A stretch of 64,000 nt of DNA from Bacillota bacterium (GTDB taxonomy: Bacteria > Bacillota_I > Bacilli_A > RFN20 > CAG-826). The translations under genes and the position numbers were made by a program. Numbering within the stretch: position 1 is the first letter of the stretch; each line of letters starts with the position of its first letter. The stretch spans positions 59,816-123,815 of the forward strand of contig JAUNOH010000002.1 in the NCBI GenBank assembly GCA_030537155.1, read 5' to 3'. Below the pieces are notes generated by a model that was not told the origin of the DNA, did not search any database, and was given only the letters and a program-made list of their open reading frames with translations. Positions 29,060-37,415 of this stretch are shown here, piece after piece.

Positions 29060-30370
29060 ATGGAATTAAATATGCGTTACGATCGAAAAAATTACGTAGA
29101 CAAGTTGCTGCGAAAAAGAAACAACGGGCTCGTCAAGGTTGTGACCGGCATAAGAAGGGTTGGCAAGAGCTTTATCCTTAACGAGCTGTTGAGAGAGAAG
29201 TTAATAGAAGGCGGATTTAATAAGGAAAATATCATTTCCTTCTCTTTTGATTCAGCCTTTGATTTGGAGAAAATAGGAGAGGATTTGCTCGACATCAAGG
29301 AAAAAAACAGAAAAGTGGACCCCCATAAATTCCTCCCCTTTATCCGGGAATTGACCAAAGGGGAAGGGCCTTATGTTTTGCTGCTTGATGAAATTCAGGA
29401 ATTAGGCAATTTCGAAGCCGTCTTAAATGGGTATCTTCGCCAAAATAACGTCGATGTCTATGTGACTGGGAGTAACGCACGCACACTTAGTAGGGATGTC
29501 TCGACAGAATTTGGCAAAAGGGGCGACGAAATCAAGGTTTACCCCTTGTCGTTCTCCGAATTTTACGAACATTCTGATCTTGGTTCACAAAAAGCTTTAA
29601 ATGATTATCTGCGCTTTGGCGGCATGCCGACCGTCGCCAATTGCGGTTCCGACGAGGAAAAGGCGGAGGAACTCAATGGTTTATTAGAAAAGATTTATCT
29701 ACGCGACGTTATCGTCAGAAACGGAGTGAATAACGAAGCCGGGCTTTCCGCGCTCCTTGATATCATGGCCTCCAACGTTGGGTCTCCGACCAATCCCAAA
29801 AAGATAGCCGATTCGTTTCAAAGCAAGGAAAAATTATCTTTAAGTCAGGCGACAATATCCAAATATCTGGAATATTTTGAAAACGCCTTTCTTTTAGAAC
29901 AATGCGCCCGTTACGACATCAAGGGGAAGGGCTACATCGAAACCCCAAAGAAATATTATTTTGAGGACCTCGGTTTAAGGAATTCGCGCCTGCGGTTTAG
30001 GCAATTCGACGAGGGTCATCTATTCGAGAATATGGTGTATCTGGAGTTATCCAGGAGAGGCTATGCGATTGACGTCGGGACCCTATTCCACAGCGAGCCA
30101 AATCACAACGGAAACTATGTGAGAAAGGAAATCGAAGTGGACTTTGTCGCCAGAAAAGGAGACAAAGAGATTTATATCCAATGCTGCAACACACTTCCGG
30201 AAGATGAGAAGGAGAAGGTGGAGAAAAGAGGTCTCATAAAGATTGGAAACTCCTTCAAGAAGATACTGCTGGTCAACAAGGAAATACCCCATTTCTACGA
30301 CCCGGACGGCATATTGACCTTAGGTGTTTTCGATTTTCTGCTTAGCGAAGATTCTATCGAAAGATACTAA
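29060..30370 (+). CDS. AAA_14 / DUF4143-family ATPase (COG1373-like), paralog 1
   Basis: Walker A GIRRVGKS. Walker B LLLDEIQ. C-terminal DUF4143-like region (restriction-endonuclease-like fold). Start is uncertain (TTG 29045, ATG 29060 or ATG 29072). Confidence 0.8.
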   Translation: MELNMRYDRKNYVDKLLRKRNNGLVKVVTGIRRVGKSFILNELLREKLIEGGFNKENIISFSFDSAFDLEKIGEDLLDIKEKNRKVDPHKFLPFIRELTKGEGPYVLLLDEIQELGNFEAVLNGYLRQNNVDVYVTGSNARTLSRDVSTEFGKRGDEIKVYPLSFSEFYEHSDLGSQKALNDYLRFGGMPTVANCGSDEEKAEELNGLLEKIYLRDVIVRNGVNNEAGLSALLDIMASNVGSPTNPKKIADSFQSKEKLSLSQATISKYLEYFENAFLLEQCARYDIKGKGYIETPKKYYFEDLGLRNSRLRFRQFDEGHLFENMVYLELSRRGYAIDVGTLFHSEPNHNGNYVRKEIEVDFVARKGDKEIYIQCCNTLPEDEKEKVEKRGLIKIGNSFKKILLVNKEIPHFYDPDGILTLGVFDFLLSEDSIERY

Positions 30371-30423
30371 GTTAGCGCAGAGGAATATCCAAAACGAAAA
30401 AAGACGCCTATTCGGCGTCGTTT

Positions 30424-31221
30424 TCATATGAGTCCGTAATGCTCCATGGCCTTGGCCCAGCCATCGTCATCGATATCCGCGGTGACGTAGTCGGCGATGG
30501 CCTTTAAGCCGGGGGTGGCGTTACCCATGGCCACACCAATTCCGGTGTAGACGGTCATCTCCATGTCGTTGTTGTTATCGCCCAAGCTCATGGCCTGTTC
30601 GGGTTTTAACCCGAGATAATCAAGCACCGATAAGATGCCCTTTGATTTATCGGAGTCCTTCAGCATGATGTCGACCGCATATTCCTCCCAACGGGCGGAT
30701 TTGCAGTTTTCCAGGTGGGGGAGGATGAGGCTTTCCTCAAACTCGTCGCAGAAGGCGATCATCTGATAGACGACGCGGTCATAATGGTCGGGGAAGGTGC
30801 GGGGCTGGGGGAACCTGGTCCCGTATTTTTCGTGGGCCGAGATGACGCGTTCGTCGATCATGTTGATGTGGCCCTCGTTCTCCTCGATGAGGGTTAATCC
30901 GAATTTAAGCCTTTTGGCGAACATGATCATCTTATCGACCACCGTTGAGGGGATGGGGTAGCGGTAGATGATGTTGCCGTCGATGATGGCGTTCGATCCA
31001 TTCATCGTCACCATCCCGTCGGGGCGGACGATGTCTAAGATTCCGGATTTGCGGATCAGATAGAAGTTACGGCCCGAGCAGAGGAAGACCTTGATGCCAT
31101 TTCTTTGTAATTGCTCTATGGCCCTGATGGCCGATTTTGGTACTTGGTGGGTTTTGTGGGAGAAGAGGGTGCCGTCGATATCGGTGAACACTATCTTGAT
31201 GTCCTTTGGATCGCTTGCCAT
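30424..31221 (-). CDS. Cof-type HAD-IIB family hydrolase (second copy)
   Basis: IVFTDIDGTL motif I. LGDNNNDMEM motif IV. 265 aa. Confidence 0.85.
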   Translation of the reverse strand: MASDPKDIKIVFTDIDGTLFSHKTHQVPKSAIRAIEQLQRNGIKVFLCSGRNFYLIRKSGILDIVRPDGMVTMNGSNAIIDGNIIYRYPIPSTVVDKMIMFAKRLKFGLTLIEENEGHINMIDERVISAHEKYGTRFPQPRTFPDHYDRVVYQMIAFCDEFEESLILPHLENCKSARWEEYAVDIMLKDSDKSKGILSVLDYLGLKPEQAMSLGDNNNDMEMTVYTGIGVAMGNATPGLKAIADYVTADIDDDGWAKAMEHYGLI

Positions 31222-31313
31222 ATCAATTCCTCCTTTCCCTATTTGCTATTATAAAGCGCCTTTTCCTAAGGCGCGCCGGCGAATGGGTGTATATTTATTA
31301 GGCGTTATCTTAT

Positions 31314-31649
31314 ATGGATTACCCAGAATTTAGCAAGTACAAACTAACCCCCGATAAATCGACCCTATCGGCCCATTACCTAACTGAAAAAGGGCATTCC
31401 TTCTACGTCGAGCCCGGTTTCTATATGGGCCTATTGGGCTATAAGGAGAAGAGGCTATCCGACTACCCCCGGATATTGGAGGCCATCTATCAAATAATCG
31501 ATAAGGAGGAGAGGGTCGTCTTCACCGGCGACTTCGAATCCCCCTTCACCCTCAAAGAGGGTTATATCTATAAGGAGATTGGGGATATAACCGATCCCCT
31601 GGGTATCTTCGTCGAGGATAAATCCCGGGGCTCCGACTACGGGGATTAA
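31314..31649 (+). CDS. hypothetical protein (111 aa)
   Basis: Uninterrupted ORF in intergenic space with no recognisable motifs. Confidence 0.45.
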   Translation: MDYPEFSKYKLTPDKSTLSAHYLTEKGHSFYVEPGFYMGLLGYKEKRLSDYPRILEAIYQIIDKEERVVFTGDFESPFTLKEGYIYKEIGDITDPLGIFVEDKSRGSDYGD

Positions 31650-31694
31650 ATTAGGCAAAAGAAAACCGCCATCGCTGGCGGTTTTTCATTGTCT

Positions 31695-32882
31695 TTATTG
31701 ACGGTTGGGGCTCAAGGTCCTCATCGACATCCACATGATCCTCATGCCGACTAGGAAGATGTAGGCATAGGCCATGATGGAGGAGACCCCGAAGGCGAAG
31801 CCCAGAATCAATTGGAGGATGGCCGGGGTGAAGCAGGCCCAGTAGACGATCTTCTGGCTGTGCCAGGCGTTGATGATGCGGAAGGGGTTGTTCTTGCCGC
31901 GGGTCATCAAGAACACCAATAGACCCATGAAGGCCGGGAAGCCGACGAAGACGGCGGCCATGATGCCGGTCTGGACCCAGGCGGTCATGTTCTTATAGTC
32001 GCGATAGGCCAAGTCGAAGTATTCGGACCAGACGTGGGTGACCCCGTTGACGTAACGGTAGTAGGCTTCGGCATAGTCCATATCGGTGGCATAATCCTCG
32101 GCCTGGGGGATGCTCATCTCATAGAAGGGGAGATCCTCGTTGGCGGGATATTTGAAGTTGACCCCATAGCCACCGGCCGATAGGGAACCGGCCGAATTGT
32201 ACTTGAAGATCCTGAAGCCATCCTCGCCCAAGATGAGGGTGTTGACGGCGTAGATCGGGGAATCGGTGGGGTTTAGCCCGGCGATGGCCTCATAAGTCGG
32301 CATCGTCCAGCTGCTGGTGGAGGCGGAAGCCCCGGCGATGGCGATGATCGAGGAGGCGTAGCTGGAGAGCTCAGAGCCGCTGAATTCGCAATAGAAGACC
32401 TGGAAGTCGACGTTCCCGGTGTTGGAGTTGATGTGCCGGTACCAGTGCCAGTCATCCAACTGGGATTCCTCCGGACGGGAGGCGTTGAGGTTGGCGTTAT
32501 AGGCGGTGGTGAATTCGACCCATTTCTCCCTGGTCATCGAGAGGGTTCCATCGGAATCCAGAGTCGATAGATAGGAGCTGATGGCGTAGGAGTCATCGTC
32601 GCTATCGTTCTGGAAGTGGGCGAGGCCTACTTCGTAGCCATAGCTATTGGTCGTGAGCATCGTGCCTCCGGAGACCGTCATGTAGGTGGTGAAGGTCGGG
32701 ATCAGGGCGATGATGGTCGAGAGGATGAAGACGATGACGGCCGCATACCAGGGCCTGGTGTGGCCGAGGTCATAGCAGGCGTCGTTGCTCAATATGGAGC
32801 GGAAGCCGAGCAGCAGATTCTCCTTGGTCCTCGGATTCATCTGCTTTTTGGCTTTGGTGTTTTTCTTGTTGTTTTTGGACAT
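31695..32882 (-). CDS. hypothetical membrane protein (395 aa)
   Basis: Lys-rich N-terminus. One TM segment. A Ser/Tyr/Asp-rich extracytoplasmic domain of about 230 aa. Three C-terminal TM segments. No recognisable family. Confidence 0.55.
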   Translation of the reverse strand: MSKNNKKNTKAKKQMNPRTKENLLLGFRSILSNDACYDLGHTRPWYAAVIVFILSTIIALIPTFTTYMTVSGGTMLTTNSYGYEVGLAHFQNDSDDDSYAISSYLSTLDSDGTLSMTREKWVEFTTAYNANLNASRPEESQLDDWHWYRHINSNTGNVDFQVFYCEFSGSELSSYASSIIAIAGASASTSSWTMPTYEAIAGLNPTDSPIYAVNTLILGEDGFRIFKYNSAGSLSAGGYGVNFKYPANEDLPFYEMSIPQAEDYATDMDYAEAYYRYVNGVTHVWSEYFDLAYRDYKNMTAWVQTGIMAAVFVGFPAFMGLLVFLMTRGKNNPFRIINAWHSQKIVYWACFTPAILQLILGFAFGVSSIMAYAYIFLVGMRIMWMSMRTLSPNRQ

Positions 32883-32973
32883 GTTCGTTAGTTAACCTTG
32901 CTAGCAAGGTAAACGATACACGCATTGACGGCCTTTTTAAATAAAAAGGGTGTTCCAGTGCGTTTTGCTCGAC

Positions 32974-33002
32974 TTGTTAAACAAACTCCCGGTCCCTATA
33001 AT
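32974..33002 (+). promoter_or_regulatory. sigma-A type promoter for ssrA (-35 TTGTTA, 17-nt spacer, -10 TATAAT)
   Basis: TTGTTA at 32974-32979 and TATAAT at 32997-33002, about 34 nt upstream of the tmRNA 5' end. Confidence 0.55.
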
Positions 33003-33035
33003 CAAAAGGCCCGAGAGGGCATAGTTCTTTGAAAT

Positions 33036-33438
33036 GGGGCCGTATTGGTTTTGACGGGGATGTCATTCGGTAGCGGCTGCAGTAGAGCGGCGATCTATAA
33101 CGCCAAAACAAAATAACTGACAACAGTTACATGTATCGCAACACCAACCGTGTTGCGTATGCTCGCGCCTAATTTAATTTAGACACCTAATGGGTCCTGC
33201 ATAGAGTCAGGGCGGCACGCTCCCTGCGGTTTCTTCGTCTCATGCGCAGCAAGAGTGTCATAACAAGACGATAAGCTGGTTCGCTCGGCTAGGCGGATCG
33301 GACGAAAATCCTATAGTCTCGCCTGGGGGTATTCTGGTTGTGTCCTCGACCTCAGGTTAAATCCCGACGCAGCCTAAACTGTAGAGGCTGTTATTGGATC
33401 ATCTTCGGACCGGAGTTCGACTCTCCGCGGTTCCACCA
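33036..33438 (+). ncRNA. ssrA: transfer-messenger RNA (tmRNA, SsrA), about 403 nt
   Basis: 5' GGGGCCGUAUUGGUUUUGACGGGG. 3' GGACCGGAGUUCGACUCUCCGCGGUUCCACCA (T-arm plus acceptor plus encoded CCA). The acceptor stem has a G3:U pair. Tag ORF runs GAC (33119) to TAA (33170-33172), encoding (A)DNSYMYRNTNRVAYARA. Confidence 0.88.
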
Positions 33439-33449
33439 TTCAGAAACAA

Positions 33450-33477
33450 CATCGGGTCAAAAAGCCCGATGTTTTCT
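33450..33477 (+). terminator. rho-independent terminator after ssrA
   Basis: CATCGGG-tcaaaaag-CCCGATG hairpin followed by TTTTCT. Confidence 0.65.
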
Positions 33478-33702
33478 ATACTTTTTGGGCTTTTTGGAAA
33501 GTTTATTTGAACGTTGGGTCACGATTTTGTTTGATGCCCAAGCTACCGGGTTTGATTCGATTTCCCTTAGGACCTACATATTTTCTCTCTTTCGCCTCTG
33601 TTGATCGATTGTCGCATGCCTTCCTATTTGGGGAAGCGCGGCTATTTATATGGTTTGGCGTGTCTACTTTTAGGTTACCGGTGCAACCTTTGGGCAAAAA
33701 CC

Positions 33703-33782
33703 TGTAAAAAGGTGCATTCAATTAGGAAAAAATAGTGTAAAAAGGTGCAAGTAACTATATAATATCTATGTAAAAAGGTGAA
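33703..33782 (+). repeat. three direct repeats TGTAAAAAGGTG(C/A)A phased exactly 33 bp apart (33703, 33736, 33769)
   Basis: Read directly. The third copy overlaps the start region of DUF4143 ATPase paralog 2. Confidence 0.75.
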
Positions 33783-33795
33783 AGCAAATCTTGAT

Positions 33796-35160
33796 ATGGA
33801 TAGAAAATATTTGGTGGATTTAATCAGGTGGAATCAGGACGAAAATAGAAAGCCTCTTTTGGTTTTTGGCGCTAGGCAAGTTGGGAAAAGTTACCTGATA
33901 GAGGAACTCTTTGCCAAAAAATATTATAAAAATGCCTATCTTAGGATCGATTGTTCTGATGATGGAGATTTCGTCGACTATGTCTATAAGAACGACAGTC
34001 TAGACAAAGTTTTGGATTATTTATATATCCGCTACGACTTTGTCCCCGATAAGAACCACCTACTCTTCGTCGACGAAGCGCAGGAGTGCTTGCCGATTAT
34101 TAAGATGATGAAGCATTTTTGTGAGCGAAGGAGAGAGATTCCTTTGATTGTCTCCGGTTCCTTGGTTCGAATCAAAATCAGCCGGGGTTCCAAGAAGGCG
34201 GGGCGAGAGGACAAGAAGTTTCTTTTCCCGGTTGGAAAAATAAATCAGCTCACGGTTTACCCACTAACCTTCGACGAGTTCCTATATAACTACAAGAAAA
34301 ACACCTACGATTATCTAACGAATTCATTCGCAGAAAAGAGTTTTATCAACGACGAGTTGCACCAGCAACTAATCGACATTTTCAATGACTATCTATTTGT
34401 CGGCGGCATGCCTGAGGCCGTTGACGTCTTCATCAAGAACAAAGAAAACAAAGTCTTTGCTTATGAGAAAGCCTACAAGACACTTTCCGACATCTATTCC
34501 AACTACCTGAGTGACATGGAACTCTATCAGGCTTCCAGCGAGTCTATTCTTAAGAGCAGGCTTATTTTTCGGAATATTTATTCTCAACTCAATAAGGAGA
34601 ACAAAAACTTTAAATGTTCCATGTTGAACGAGAAGTACAAGACTAGGGACGTCGTGGCCCCAATAGAATGGCTGGTAACCGCCAATGTCGTGAATAAATC
34701 CTTGCTTTTAAAAGAGCACGTTTCTACCCCGTTAGTCGAGGAAGACGGCTCCTTATATCGCCTATACCTTTCTGATATGGGTCTATTCACCTATCAGAGC
34801 GGATTGAAGGCGAAGGGTTTCGCCCTCGATAAGCAAAACAGCCTGTCCGGAATTTATTACGAGAATTATGTTTCCACGGAATTGGCCGCCAGAAATTTTC
34901 CATTGTTCTATTGGAAGGGAAAAAGAAGCAGCGAATTCGAATTCCTGCTGGATATAGATGGGAGGGTCGTTCCCATCGACTCCAAGAAGAAAAAGGGATC
35001 GCTCAATTCTATAAACGAATTTAGGATGCATAACAAAAGAGGGCCGGTGATCAAAGTTTCCATGAATCATTATGGTTACGACGAGGAAAACGAAATACTG
35101 ACGTTGCCATATTACTACTTCGCCTTCTATCTAAATTCCGTCATGAAAGGAATTTTATAA
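33796..35160 (+). CDS. AAA_14 / DUF4143-family ATPase, paralog 2
   Basis: Walker A GARQVGKS. Walker B LLFVDEAQ. DUF4143-like C-terminus. The ORF-track start is a GTG at 33778. ATG 33796 (MDRKYLV) is preferred. Confidence 0.8.
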   Translation: MDRKYLVDLIRWNQDENRKPLLVFGARQVGKSYLIEELFAKKYYKNAYLRIDCSDDGDFVDYVYKNDSLDKVLDYLYIRYDFVPDKNHLLFVDEAQECLPIIKMMKHFCERRREIPLIVSGSLVRIKISRGSKKAGREDKKFLFPVGKINQLTVYPLTFDEFLYNYKKNTYDYLTNSFAEKSFINDELHQQLIDIFNDYLFVGGMPEAVDVFIKNKENKVFAYEKAYKTLSDIYSNYLSDMELYQASSESILKSRLIFRNIYSQLNKENKNFKCSMLNEKYKTRDVVAPIEWLVTANVVNKSLLLKEHVSTPLVEEDGSLYRLYLSDMGLFTYQSGLKAKGFALDKQNSLSGIYYENYVSTELAARNFPLFYWKGKRSSEFEFLLDIDGRVVPIDSKKKKGSLNSINEFRMHNKRGPVIKVSMNHYGYDEENEILTLPYYYFAFYLNSVMKGIL

Positions 35161-35502
35161 TTCTAAAGGCCTACAACGCCGTTAACGACCGCCGTAATTT
35201 TATTGGTAACATTTTCGTGTGCTGCTAGAAAAATATTAAGAGACAGTGGAAAACTTCATAGGATTGGCTCAAACAAAAGCGGATATTGGGAAGTGGAACC
35301 AGGAGCGGAAGAAAGATGAATTTCACCGTAAGCCCTCTGGGAAATATGAAATTTCAACGCTGAACTTTCCGTTAGACGAGGCTCAACAAGGTACACAAAA
35401 AGTTTTTCGCCAATTTTTCCTGGAATACGCCTTCAAGAGAAAGGCCTTTTCTGAAGCGTTAGTCATAAGTTCTTAGCATCTTTATAACGGCTGAAGTTTT
35501 CC

Positions 35503-35562
35503 AAAATGTCCGTCCATCAACATTTTGGAAGGGAAAAATGTCCATCAATCAACATTTTGGAA
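35503..35562 (+). repeat. two tandem 28-nt palindromic elements, CCAAAATG-n12-CATTTTGG
   Basis: AAAATGTCCGTCCATCAACATTTTGGAA (35503-35530) and AAAATGTCCATCAATCAACATTTTGGAA (35535-35562). Each has an 8-bp inverted repeat. Confidence 0.7.
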
Positions 35563-35644
35563 AATCGGGGGCTAAAGAAGTCTGCTTAACCGAGGAAGGC
35601 CTCTACGAAACCATCAGGGAATCAAGGGGCACCGCAAAACCGAA

Positions 35645-36199
35645 CTAAGCAGACAACCCCTTCAGCTTTTTAAACGAATCATACCCAAACACCGATATAA
35701 ATAAGGCGTCAGCCACCTGTGAGGCATCACTTTGGCAGCCATCTTTTAGCCAGGCCAAGGAGACATTAAACAAAGCTCCGCAGTAGGTGTAGGGGAGATA
35801 CTTGTTATCGACTACCGACTTTGATTGGAAGTCGGCCGCGAAATTCTGGTTGAGGTAATCGAGGTATATATACTCCAAATGGCATTCGATGATCTTGTCA
35901 AATAGGTCTTTGTTCTTCTTTAACCCCTCTAAGACATGGATGATCACCCGGTAATACTCTTCGGGGGAGCTGGGGGAGTGGGGGTTATCCATCAGGAACT
36001 TCGCGCTTTCCTTGTTGAAGTAATAGATGATGACCGACTCCTTGGAGGCGAAGTTCCGATAGAAGGTAACCCTACCGACCCCGGCTTTCCTTGTTATCTC
36101 GGTCACGCTTATCTGCTGGAAGTCCTTTTCCTTCATCAGCTTGAAGAGGGCTTCGACTATGTAGTGTTTGCTATATTCGCTGGTGTCGTGGCTTGGCAT
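35645..36199 (-). CDS. TetR/AcrR family transcriptional regulator (185 aa)
   Basis: HTH ISVTEITRKAGVGRVTFYRNFASKE. Start placed at ATG 36197-36199, which has an AGGAGGAG RBS. The ORF-track N-terminal extension is not supported. Confidence 0.8.
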   Translation of the reverse strand: MPSHDTSEYSKHYIVEALFKLMKEKDFQQISVTEITRKAGVGRVTFYRNFASKESVIIYYFNKESAKFLMDNPHSPSSPEEYYRVIIHVLEGLKKNKDLFDKIIECHLEYIYLDYLNQNFAADFQSKSVVDNKYLPYTYCGALFNVSLAWLKDGCQSDASQVADALFISVFGYDSFKKLKGLSA

Positions 36200-36360
36200 G
36201 GAACAAATCTCCTCCTTTGTTTCAAATGGGGAAACAGATTTCCCCTTTTGTTTCGTTTTGGCTCGGATCCGTTGACCAAAATCCGATTTAAAAACATGAT
36301 ACAGGCGTTTCAGGCCGAAACAAGTGTTCCATGAGCCAAATAGGCAGGAAGGAGTAATAA

Positions 36361-36899
36361 ATGGACAATCACAACTTCGCGACATACGAATACATGTCGA
36401 AATCCGTCAAATCGAACGAGCAGTCCTCGTGCATCGACTGTTATGAGGCCTTCGGCTGGGAGGCCACTTCCACCGATCAGGCCCCGATCAACCAGGTGAC
36501 CATCGCCTTAAAAGGGACCGCAAGATCCCCCACAAGACCGAGTTAAACCGTCTGGAGAGGAAAGCCGAGAGTATCAAGGACGGCATCGACCAGCTGGAGA
36601 AGAGCAAGAGCAGGGGAGCCAATATCTTCGCCTATACCTTCGGGGTCTTTGCGGCCTTAGTCCTAGGCGGGGGCATGTGCCTATGCATGTATATGGGCAC
36701 GGTTAACATCGCCTTCATGGTCGTTGGGATCGTCATCGGCTTAGTGGGTATTGGGCTGGCCGGATTGAACTATCCGATCTACCAGGGCCTTAAAAGCCGT
36801 AAGAGCAAAGAGGTCAGCCCCATCATCGAGGAGAACCAGGAAAAGCTATCCACAATCCTGGAGCAAGCCCATAACCTCATCGTGAATCCCAATATCTAA
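36361..36899 (+). pseudogene. small membrane protein gene interrupted by a frameshift in an A4 tract (two-TM hairpin protein, divergent from TetR)
   Basis: ORF 36361-36546 (frame 1) and ORF 36675-36899 (frame 3) join into one reading frame if TTAAAAGGG (36508-36516) holds one more A. The restored junction reads ...IALKRDRKIPHKTELNRLERKAE... Confidence 0.6.
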
Positions 36900-36922
36900 T
36901 TATTAAGTGTACGCGTACGTGA

Positions 36923-36949
36923 GCCTGTCGAAAGACGGGCTTTTCTTTT
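36923..36949 (+). terminator. rho-independent terminator
   Basis: GCCTGTC-gaaa-GACGGGC hairpin followed by TTTTCTTTT. Confidence 0.55.
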
Positions 36950-37113
36950 AAGGCGGTGACAAAGGAAAGGGATTTTGAATCATCAAGTACAAAAAGAAAA
37001 AACGACAAATTTAATAACGAAACACCCTTGAAAAATTAGTTCGGAAAATAAAGGCTTTTTGTCGGAAATTAGTGAAAAATGCACATAAATCGATGGCGAT
37101 TCGCAACGTTTGC

Positions 37114-37122
37114 GGGGGGGGG
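37114..37122 (+). repeat. homopolymeric G9 tract in the upstream region of the SipW-cognate cluster
   Basis: TGCGGGGGGGGGTTAATG. Nine consecutive G, read directly. About 295 nt upstream of ATG 37416. Confidence 0.85.
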
Positions 37123-37415
37123 TTAATGAATGATAAATTTTTCATCAAAAACAATTCAAAAGGCGTCACTGTTCATAATGTAGCAAATCCTTTAAAAAAG
37201 TTGCATTTCGCGACCAAAAAATAGCAAAAATTCCGAAAAGTATCGATAAACACTGGACGTTTGCCTTAATTAACAAAACTAACTAATTCAACGCAATTTC
37301 AACCCCTGAGATTACTGTTAGAACTGTGTCGTTTTTTACCCCAGCATCCCCTTTGCTTTAATTTTTTTCCGAATCTATAAAGGAGTCAGAAAACCAAAGG
37401 GGGGATGTAAAACAC

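Noticed and set aside
32883-33035. The region upstream of the tmRNA was checked for a tRNA gene or the smpB partner gene.
   Set aside because: No cloverleaf-compatible sequence was seen. It holds only a sigma-A-like promoter. smpB is not in this window.
35246-35476. 76-aa ORF (MENFIGLAQTKADIGKWNQERKK...).
   Set aside because: No RBS, no recognisable motif, and it lies in a low-density non-coding stretch. It is most likely a chance ORF or gene remnant, so it is not listed as a feature.
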